This document shows, in pieces, positions 19,852 to 27,659 of a stretch of DNA of 27,659 nucleotides. The translations under genes and the position numbers were made by a program. The DNA lies in assembly GCA_010093745.1 (NCBI GenBank), contig MU005966.1, positions 379,628 to 407,286 on the forward strand, read 5' to 3'. The stretch is from Piedraia hortae CBS 480.64. Lineage: Eukaryota. Every line of letters starts with the position of its first letter. Position 1 is the first letter of the stretch. The notes beneath the pieces are model-generated. The model was not told where the DNA came from. It did not search any database and saw only the letters and a program-made list of their open reading frames with translations.

Positions 19852-20892
19852 CTAACGCCTCTTCCACTGCCACTCTAACAGCACTGGCAATAGTGCCATC
19901 AGGCCAAACTGTGGCCAGAGCACGTCCAGAAATCTGATGTCTGTGTGTTCATGGCATTGCCACAGCATGAAATCCGAAAGCCTATACACTCCAGAAGTGC
20001 GAATCAGCAGATCCAATGGCGGTGCGTCTGCCGTGTAAACGTTTCTGTCAAGGTCTGAGGATGAGATTTTCTCTGGATCTGGAAGGCAGAGCTTTCTCTC
20101 GCCATTGCCACCGTCTTCGAGGGGCGTAGGCGAAGGAGCGCTTGTACGACTCGTTGCGCTCGACTGGACAATCGAGTCCTCGTTCTCAGCTCCGCAACTA
20201 GCGTCTGAATCTGAGGATTCCTCGACCGTCTCGGCCAGCAAAGGGTTGTGCTGCTCACGGATGCGTCTCTCAATCAACGCCTCCCTTAAAGCGTCTCTCT
20301 TGTCTACGGTTTTCGGCACAGGAATGGTCCATTGCTTGACTGTTTCCCTTATAGAATGGCTTATTTCCTCGCGCGACGTGTACGGAAAGCACACATTCAG
20401 TGTTTTCTTGTTGTTATGCTTGGTCATATTCACTGCACGTTCAATTTGCTCCAGGACATCGCTCCTAACCAAAGAGAGATCGCCACAGATATTAATCCTC
20501 GCACCGTATCTATCCAGCAGTGCACCGTGCTCCGCCATTTGTACCAGTTTTGTCTTGGCCATATCCATCAAGCCATCCACTTCGGCGCGTCCTCGCTTGA
20601 AATTTTCAATGCTGAACGCGTAGATTGTGACCACCTTGACTCCACTCTTGTAGCAGATCTCCAGCACGCGCGCCAGGGCCTCGAAGCCTAGGTTATGACC
20701 TTCTACAGTTTCTAGGGCCCTTTGCCGAGCGTAGCGCCTGTTGCCGTCCATAACAAAAGCAATATGGGCAGGTACGGGTCCCAAGGCGAGAGTAGAGATG
20801 AGGATGCTGCGCACCTGGTAGATCACCCATTCTATAGGTGGGAGACTGCGCACCCACCGACGCAGGTGTGTGGTTGTGTGCGCCGCTGACAT
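19852..20892 (-). CDS. cis-prenyltransferase / dehydrodolichyl diphosphate synthase catalytic subunit (Rer2/Srt1/DHDDS family)
   Basis: PAHIAFVMDGNRRYA, GHNLGF, VTIYAFSIENFKR, YTSREEI and LDLLIRTSGVYRLSDFMLWQ. The first ATG is at 20892. Confidence 0.94.
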   Translation of the reverse strand: MSAAHTTTHLRRWVRSLPPIEWVIYQVRSILISTLALGPVPAHIAFVMDGNRRYARQRALETVEGHNLGFEALARVLEICYKSGVKVVTIYAFSIENFKRGRAEVDGLMDMAKTKLVQMAEHGALLDRYGARINICGDLSLVRSDVLEQIERAVNMTKHNNKKTLNVCFPYTSREEISHSIRETVKQWTIPVPKTVDKRDALREALIERRIREQHNPLLAETVEESSDSDASCGAENEDSIVQSSATSRTSAPSPTPLEDGGNGERKLCLPDPEKISSSDLDRNVYTADAPPLDLLIRTSGVYRLSDFMLWQCHEHTDIRFLDVLWPQFGLMALLPVLLEWQWKRR

Positions 20893-21346
20893 TTTACTCC
20901 GTAGGGTCGGGCGCAAAGTGAGATTGCCCACCCGGAAATTTTCAAAGTTCCTTAGGTCCGTCGACGTTGTGCGCTATTGCGTCACTGCGCTCTCACATGC
21001 TCCACCCCACCAACTGTCAATTGCTTCTGGCAAAAGCGGCCATTGGACTCGCCCGACATGTAGGTCTGCTGAGTAATCAACAAAATCCTCTCGTGATACG
21101 GTGACGCAACCGAAATCTGTAAATGTTGGTCCATATGACAGCTTTTGTCATGGAAATGCAGTGTGTGCTTGGCATGGAGCATCGTACAAATTGTGCCTCG
21201 ACGGTTCTACTATATACAAAAATCATAGAACCGATATCAATTTGTTACGGAAAAGGCCATGTGGTTGCAAAAAGGGACAACTACTTGCTACATCTGATGG
21301 CCTTGAACTGCCATTCTGATGCTCCTGTGGTAACAATATAGGTGAC

Positions 21347-21958
21347 TCACTTCTGCATCATCAACTGGACGAACTCGTTGTCTGGGACCAAGAGTTAGTA
21401 AGGCCCAGCCAAAGTAGACAAGCACTTACAGTCGATCCTGCCATCTCCATCTTGGTCAGCTTCCCGTATCATCTCGTCCACCTCGTCATCCGTGAGTTTC
21501 TCCCCAATGCTGGTCATGACATGTCGCAGCTCGGCCGAACTGATGTAGCCGTTGTTGTCGCGATCAAAAACTTTGAAAGCTTCGCGAATCTCCTCCTCAG
21601 TGTCGGTGTCCTTCATCTTGCGGGCCATCATGGTAAGAAATTCGGGGAAGTCAATGGTGCCGTTGTTGTCGGCGTCGACTTCGTTGATCATGTCCTGCAG
21701 TTCGGCCTCGGAAGGATTCTGACCGAGGGAGCGCATAACGGTGCCGAGCTCCTTGGTCGTGATCTGACCATCGCCATCTTTGTCCTGAGAAAATGAGTCA
21801 GTGTTAGCCGGAAACTGATCAGGGTTAGCAAGGAGAGCAGCTTACAAACAGCGAAAAGGCCTCCTTGAATTCAGAAACTTGTTCTTCGGTAAGCGAGTCA
21901 GCCTGGAGAAGACAGCAGTCAGCAGCAAGTGACGACCAGATCAAAAGAGACTGACCAT
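21347..21958 (-). CDS. CMD1: Calmodulin, 149 aa
   Basis: Exons 21958-21956, 21902-21846, 21784-21430 and 21381-21347; GT-AG introns of 53, 61 and 48 nt with CTGAC/CTAAC branch sites. The spliced product [26 protein letters not shown]...[11 protein letters not shown] has four EF hands. Confidence 0.98.
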
Positions 21959-22079
21959 GACGATGGAGGGGTTTTGACAGAATGATGTTGTGGAGAAGAC
22001 GTGACTGCGGGCGCTTCCCGCGGTTAACAAGCCCTGTTGCCCCACCACCATTAACTATTTACAGTCAATCCACCATCAA

Positions 22080-23069
22080 ATGGAGGGCGTCTGGCGTGAC
22101 CGGATGAACCTCTTCTTGTCGTACCGCCAGAGCTTTCCGCGCAGTATCGGCCATGAATCTGAGCGGGCGGGCCTCATGCTCCATATGGACCAAGGCGTGG
22201 CTGTTGTTGAGATGGACTTGCTGCCCCCGCGCTGGCTAGACGTTCAGGACGACGTCGCCGCTGCCCTTGACCGCGCCAAAGGGCAGATGAGGAAGCTAGA
22301 CCAACTGCATGCCAAGCACGTGCTGCCGGGCTTCGACGATGAGAGCGTCAAGGCGGCCGAGGAGCGTGAAATTGCTGCCATCACTGCCGACATCACACGC
22401 GCCTTTACTTCCTGCCAACACAAGATCCGTACCATCGATGCGCTCGCTCGCGACCAGCCGGGCCTCTCGCAGGCCGACCAGACCATGGCACGTAATCTCC
22501 AGATTGCGCTCGCGGCTCGTGTGGGCGATGCCAGTACGAGCTTCCGCAAAAAGCAGACGGCGTACCTAAAGAAGCTGCGAGGTCTGGGTGGGATGGGCGC
22601 GGCCACCGACCGCTCCTCCACGCCGGTGACAGCCACCAGCGCGTACAGCGATCTGGGCCTGGCCGACTCGGAGACGGATCGTGCATCGGCGCAGTCGACA
22701 CTACTGCAGACGGCGCAGGTGCGGCGGCGTGGTGTCATGGACAGCACCATTGAGCAGCGCGAGCGCGAGATTGAGGGCATCGCGCAAGGTGTCATCGACC
22801 TCAGTGCGCTTTTCCAGGAACTCAATACGATGATCATCGACCAGGGCACGCTTTTGGACAGGGTTGACTACAACGTCCAACGCACCGTCGACCACGTCCG
22901 AGGAGCGGAAAAGGAGCTCCGCGTAGCAACTGGCTACCAGAAGCGAAACACGAAACGCAAAATCATCCTGCTACTGTTGTTGATTGTCGTTGGTCTGGTG
23001 ATCCTGCTGGCCACGAAGCCGTCTCGGAGGCGGCGGAAAAGGCTCAGCGTCCGGGTCACATATGTATAA
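22080..23069 (+). CDS. TLG2: Qa-SNARE syntaxin Tlg2 (syntaxin-16 family)
   Basis: N-peptide WRDRMNLFLSYRQS, LPPRWLD, LHAKHVLPGFDD, SNARE motif REREI..IAQGVIDL..LFQEL..MIIDQGTLLDRVDYNV, and a C-terminal TM helix. Confidence 0.93.
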   Translation: MEGVWRDRMNLFLSYRQSFPRSIGHESERAGLMLHMDQGVAVVEMDLLPPRWLDVQDDVAAALDRAKGQMRKLDQLHAKHVLPGFDDESVKAAEEREIAAITADITRAFTSCQHKIRTIDALARDQPGLSQADQTMARNLQIALAARVGDASTSFRKKQTAYLKKLRGLGGMGAATDRSSTPVTATSAYSDLGLADSETDRASAQSTLLQTAQVRRRGVMDSTIEQREREIEGIAQGVIDLSALFQELNTMIIDQGTLLDRVDYNVQRTVDHVRGAEKELRVATGYQKRNTKRKIILLLLLIVVGLVILLATKPSRRRRKRLSVRVTYV

Positions 23070-23075
23070 CAGCTT

Positions 23076-24320
23076 CTAATCGCCTAACAAACGTTCAGCG
23101 TCGCGCATACACTCCCGCGCCATCTCCGCTTGTTCGTCGGTCTTGCAGATGAGCGTCTTGGGGCCGAGTTCAGTGACGACGGCCTTGAGCTCGGGCGACT
23201 CGTTGTCGATGCCAAAGCCAAGACAGGCAACTTTTTGCACCACCGCCTTTCTGAGCGAAGCCCCATGTTCCCCAATACCGCCTGCAAACACCAGAGCGTC
23301 TACTTTTCCCTCCAGCTTGACAAAATAAGCCCCAACGAAGCCGCAGATGCGGTCCACCATGAGATCAAACGCCAGTTTGCACTTTTCATCCCCCTTCTCC
23401 GCCCGCGTTGAGATGCTTCCAAAATCAGTCGTGCCCGTGAGCACTTTCCACCCGGACTCTTTGTTCAATATTTGTTCTGCTTGGGTTATGTGCATTTCCT
23501 TGGTGCTACCCGGGGCAAGGTTGCCTGCATTGTTGGTGAAGTGAAATATCAATGACGGATCTACCGAGCCCGACCGTGTTGCGCCCGGCAGGCCCGAGAG
23601 TGGTGTGAGGCCCATAGATGTGTCCATGGACATTCCCTGGCGAATGCAACACGCACTCGCGCCGCTACCAAGATGGAGTGCAATAAGGTTTACCTCGGCG
23701 TGGCTCTTGGAGAGGTAGCGGGCCACGGCGCGGGTGATGAACGAGTAGGACAGTCCGTGGAAACCGTACCTGCGCAGCTCGTTCCGCTTGGCAACGGCTG
23801 GGTCTATGGCATACGTGCGCGTCTCCAGCGGCATGGTGCTGTGGAAGGCGTTGTCAAAACAGGCCACGTTGGCCGTGTTGGGGCACTTGGCCTGCACTTC
23901 CTTGACAATCTCCAACGCGCCGGCGTTGTGCAGCGGGGCCAGCTCGCTGAGCGCCTCCAGCTGGCGGAGTGTTGTGCCGACGATGCGCACAGGCCGGTCG
24001 TTGCCGCCGCCGTGCACCACGCGGTGACAGGCAAACACAATGTCGTCGACCTTCTGCAATGGGAGACCGTCATCAGCCATAAGCTGGTCCAGGATGGCCG
24101 CCCACGCATCGCTCTGGGAGCGCACGTGGTTCACCTCCTGGCCGTCCACGTGCTTGTTGCCCCGCGAGTACGTCAGCCTCGCGGGCGGCGCTGTCAGGCC
24201 GCTGATTTCAATGTCGGCGAGCGGCTTGGGGTCTTCATCGCCGCGGCTGTAACCAAACACAGACACTTTGACGCTGGACGAGCCGGCGTTGATTGCCAAC
24301 AGGGTTTGTTGCGTGGCCAT
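23076..24320 (-). CDS. Acetate kinase
   Basis: INAGSSSVK, HRVVHGG, APLHN, FDNAFH, RRYGFHGLSY, HLGSGAS, DTSMGLTPLSGL..ATRSG, FAGGIGE and TDEQ; intronless. Confidence 0.95.
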   Translation of the reverse strand: MATQQTLLAINAGSSSVKVSVFGYSRGDEDPKPLADIEISGLTAPPARLTYSRGNKHVDGQEVNHVRSQSDAWAAILDQLMADDGLPLQKVDDIVFACHRVVHGGGNDRPVRIVGTTLRQLEALSELAPLHNAGALEIVKEVQAKCPNTANVACFDNAFHSTMPLETRTYAIDPAVAKRNELRRYGFHGLSYSFITRAVARYLSKSHAEVNLIALHLGSGASACCIRQGMSMDTSMGLTPLSGLPGATRSGSVDPSLIFHFTNNAGNLAPGSTKEMHITQAEQILNKESGWKVLTGTTDFGSISTRAEKGDEKCKLAFDLMVDRICGFVGAYFVKLEGKVDALVFAGGIGEHGASLRKAVVQKVACLGFGIDNESPELKAVVTELGPKTLICKTDEQAEMARECMRDAERLLGD

Positions 24321-24394
24321 TGTCAGTGTCTAGCGTTTGAGTCTGTTTGCTATCAGCCTCTTGTCTACTTGCGTCTTGTCTGTTTGTTTAGACG

Positions 24395-24429
24395 TCTGTC
24401 ATCTAACATCTGTCATCTGTCATCTGTCA
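24395..24429. repeat. 7-bp tandem repeat (TCTGTCA)x5, one unit degenerate, in the acetate kinase/CSN6 divergent promoter
   Basis: tctgtca tctaaca tctgtca tctgtca tctgtca, read directly. Confidence 0.85.
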
Positions 24430-24532
24430 TCACGCTCTCTCCTTGCCCCACCCCTACGTCACTGGCATAACTCCTAACGTGTTTGTGTTCCCTCACATAC
24501 CCCCATTGCTCCTACTTTAACCCGTTGCTCTC

Positions 24533-25537
24533 ATGGCTCCGGTCCATCTGCATCCCCTCGTGCTCCTTGTAATCTCAGACTACATCACTCGTCACACTCT
24601 CAGACGACAAGATGGTCCCATCGTCGGCGCCGTTATGGGGCAGCTCGACAGTCGCATCTACACCCTCGAGCACGCGTTCGAGTGCAAGCCTTTGGACGGT
24701 CAGCTGGACAGGCAATGGTTCAGCGAGCGCGTTGAGCAGCACAAGAGGGTTTTCGAAAGCCTGGACGCCGTCGCCATGTTTGTCTGCGCGCCCAGCCTGA
24801 CAGCCGCACACCATGACCTGTTACAGCAGGCTCACGAGGCTCTTGGCTCCCATGTTCCGCTGCTTCTCATCTTCCACGCGGATCAGGTGAACGAGTTAAA
24901 GGAGGGAAAGCTCCCAATCAGCATATTTGAAAAGGCAGACGCAAAGCTCGTTCAGGTGCCCTACGAAATAGAGACCGGGGAGGCCGAAATGATAGCTGTC
25001 GACTCTGTGGCCAAAGGCGGCGGAAATGCAACCGCCGTCCTTCCAAGATCCACCGAGCGGTCCAAATCGAAATCGGTCAAATCAGACCTGTCTGCCGAGG
25101 ACGAAGACGTCCTTGCTGCCTTGACTACAAAAGTAAATGCGGTGAGAATGTTGGACAATCGTGTTCGACTGATCAGGAATCACCTCACTTCTTTACCGGA
25201 GAGTTATCTCACAGACGCAACCTCTTCGGATTTCCCCCCAAGCGATGCCAACCACGTCTTGCTTCGTAACATTCAATCATTAATCTCGCGTTTGCACATT
25301 TTAAATACCCTCGATGGCTGTGCATCCGCTGAGGAAGATCGCCAAGACGTTCTTCTCGATTCGCTTCTGACGACGATAACGCGCTCAGTGGCCGAAGCCC
25401 AGGGAATGGCTGTAAGCCTATCTGCTGTGCAAAAGGAAAGAGATGATGAAAACCACCGTTACATGAGTAGTGAAGCTGGTAAGGGAAACCCAAGGGAGAG
25501 AAGGGAGGTTGGAGATGCGCCTAAGTTATGGCTGTAG
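24533..25537 (+). CDS. CSN6: COP9 signalosome subunit 6 (MPN- domain)
   Basis: VHLHPLVLLVISDYITRHTLR, IVGAVMGQ, LEHAFEC, LPISIFE, YEIETGEAEMIAVD.VA and NAVRML..RV.LI; no JAMM His motif, consistent with an MPN- subunit. Confidence 0.88.
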   Translation: MAPVHLHPLVLLVISDYITRHTLRRQDGPIVGAVMGQLDSRIYTLEHAFECKPLDGQLDRQWFSERVEQHKRVFESLDAVAMFVCAPSLTAAHHDLLQQAHEALGSHVPLLLIFHADQVNELKEGKLPISIFEKADAKLVQVPYEIETGEAEMIAVDSVAKGGGNATAVLPRSTERSKSKSVKSDLSAEDEDVLAALTTKVNAVRMLDNRVRLIRNHLTSLPESYLTDATSSDFPPSDANHVLLRNIQSLISRLHILNTLDGCASAEEDRQDVLLDSLLTTITRSVAEAQGMAVSLSAVQKERDDENHRYMSSEAGKGNPRERREVGDAPKLWL

Positions 25538-25990
25538 AGTCATCTCTGATGCAAGTCGTCGGTTGATACCATTTGTCATGGAGGAAATGGTGTCGTACAT
25601 GGAGGTGATCATTTGGCCATGGCAGGGGTCACAAACAACCCTACATCAGCTTTTCCTCCCCTCTCCCAAATCAACTGTTGTACTGCTTCAGCTCCGTTGA
25701 CGCTTTGTTAGGATTTATGCGTGACGGTGATGTGTCTGATTAAGTTAACGTAGCGCCAAATTGGTTGCATATACGCACCCACGGTCTAGACGACAATGAA
25801 TTGCTTATCTTTGCAACACCGAATCTTGCTGATTTACAATGCATTTTGCAGCAGCCGACCTTTCTACCATTCAACCCGCAATTTTGTGGTACCAGAGTAT
25901 CGACATGTCATCGAGGAAGAATATAAGCAGATCTGCGTCAGTTTCCGGCTCAAATAGAATCAGTCTCGACAGAACTATTGGACCAATACT

Positions 25991-26424
25991 CTCGTTGCAA
26001 ATACTTTCATCACCACTTTCATCTCTCTACTGATAGCATCGACAACTGCCGTCAAGGTAGGAGACAGTTGTACACACCTCGGGACCAAGGGATTCTGCAG
26101 TGACCTCTCCAATTGCTTCAAAAGTAGGGAGCAACATGTGTTCAAAAGTTCGACGTGCTGATTCTCATATCATCTTTCCAGGATACACAGTTTTTGGCCT
26201 CTGCCCTGGAACACCGGATAATAACCGGTGTTGCCCCACGCCAACCTGTACGGCAAACGGCTCGAGCGGGGTTTGCAGAAATGCCACGTTCAATTTTTGC
26301 CCGGGCAAAATGGTCTCCGGTGGCTGTCCGCCAACATCGCTTGATGTTGCATGTTGCGTGCGTAAGTTTGGACCTCTTCTCATACCCAAGTGGACCCGAC
26401 GATTGACATTGAGCAGCATCATGA
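25991..26424 (+). pseudogene. Small secreted-type 12-Cys protein gene (two 6-Cys modules) lacking an in-frame ATG
   Basis: Exons 25991-26123, 26182-26361 and 26417-26424; introns 26124-26181 (GTAGGG..GCTGAT..CAG) and 26362-26416 (GTAAGT..TTGAC..CAG). Product: LVANTFITTFISLLIASTTA-VKVGDSCTHLGTKGFCSDLSNCFKRYTVFGLCPGTPDNNRCCPTPTCTANGSSGVCRNATFNFCPGKMVSGGCPPTSLDVACCVPS*. There is an in-frame TAG upstream and no ATG in between. Confidence 0.6.
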
Positions 26425-27659
26425 GCTGTCGACTTCAGAAGTATGGCAAAATGGCCGGTTCTGGGATGGTTTAGAGATAAACGAAGCTCTTGCCGGACAG
26501 GTATTGTGTCATGTTTTGTTGAGTTGTTCCCATGCTCGTCTGAAACCACTACCTCATAACTTCAATAATATTGATCGTTCTCACCCAAGTTGGCTTTTGT
26601 GCACATTAGGTCGAAAATCATACATGAAGATTTGTTTTTTCTTATGTTTGTTTAATTTAATACATATATCTGGGCTGTGGAAGGAAATCCTTGTTCTGTT
26701 CCTTATGTGGATCAACGATGTGGTTAGTAACACCTTGTGGGGCTCTTTGCCACAGCTATGAAAGACGTTTTCAAAAGGCAGGTGTCCTATCATTACAGTA
26801 TTAGTTGAATGAAAAATTGCATTCACAGGGTTAGATACTAGCTTTGCAGAAACGTTTCTAGAAATGCCTCATAGACAGTAGCGTTGTTGGTACAGGTAGA
26901 AGGCCCTGGTCGAACATTTCTTCTCTATTGGACGCACATCCAAAGTTTTCTCTATTTTCAGCTCGGTCGGCCGAATTTGACTATGAGTCAAGCGCATGTA
27001 GGACTTGGTGGTGCTATGTAGGTGGTTTACCACTTACCAATGGAGAGTATGTCATAGATGGAAAGATGTTCCAATCGGCTTGACATTGGGTAAGCGAGCA
27101 GAGACACAGTCATTACTCTCTTGATTCTGCTTACTTTTGCTTGGAACTTTCAGTAAGGCCTCCGCCCATAAAGCATGACCCTCATGTGGGTCGCAATTAT
27201 TCAAAGACCATTGAAGCTACACCAAAGTCACAGACCAAGCTAGCACACCATTGCCTCGGAGTCTGCATCTGCACTCGGCGTGAAGCTCAACCGCATCATT
27301 GGCAGTACCACAGTGCAGTGGACATTAGTAGGTGCCTGCATGCTGCAGTGAACTTCATAGTTCGCTCAGCTTGCAGAGCTAAATTTAAGTCCAATTATGA
27401 TATGGGCACTCTCAGCTTACCCCGCACTGAAGATGTCTTCTGATTGGTGTTGTGAATATGCGGTATATTACGCGCATTATTAGTAACCGTCGCTCGGCTC
27501 TCGACTTCACGCGTCAACTAGTTTTCCGTAGAGATTTGTATGCAGGTACACATCTGCTCACAATTATAATAGGTTATGAGCCCGGGCTCTACCGCTAACA
27601 AGCGCTATTCAAATTGAGTCTCGAAGCGAAAGCGGAGCTTCCAGAGACCATGAGCTACG

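Noticed and set aside
22244..24470. ORFs 22244-22849(-) and 23673-24470(+)
   Set aside because: Antisense shadows of TLG2 and acetate kinase caused by GC3 bias.
197..25537. Idea that the neighbouring genes form a functional cluster
   Set aside because: The products belong to unrelated housekeeping pathways; proximity is explained by genome compaction.
26500..27659. Short ORFs in the AT-richer right end; possible transposon relic
   Set aside because: No transposase or RT motifs, terminal repeats or consistent splice model could be recognised.

Overview
Gene-dense, GC-balanced region of a filamentous ascomycete (Pezizomycotina) genome with a compact layout: mostly 45-61 nt introns and intergenic gaps often under 200 bp. 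It is eukaryotic, so several ORF-track entries are exon fragments, and I rebuilt splice models by hand. Genes in order: DHFR(-), TCD1/2-like ThiF protein(-), VIP36-like L-type lectin(+), PRCC-like protein(+), an unexplained spliced locus with no long ORF (~5175-5760, -), ATG3(+), an intron-split arginine attenuator peptide uORF plus CPA1/arg-2(+), SET-domain protein(+), PNPOx-like protein(+), hypothetical protein(+), GNAT(-), Sec7-PH Arf GEF(-), ECM14 pseudo-carboxypeptidase(+), cis-prenyltransferase(-), calmodulin(-), TLG2 syntaxin(+), acetate kinase(-), CSN6(+), and a 12-Cys secreted-type gene lacking an in-frame ATG(+). The most intriguing element is the minus-strand locus between PRCC and ATG3. 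It has splice signals, a chain of short ORFs joined by ATGA and TGATG stop/start overlaps, and a splice-created 20-aa Cys-rich peptide ending in a CaaX-like CKLL. I saw no supportable tRNA, rRNA, CRISPR array or intact transposon. All assignments are by motif recognition; no searches were run.
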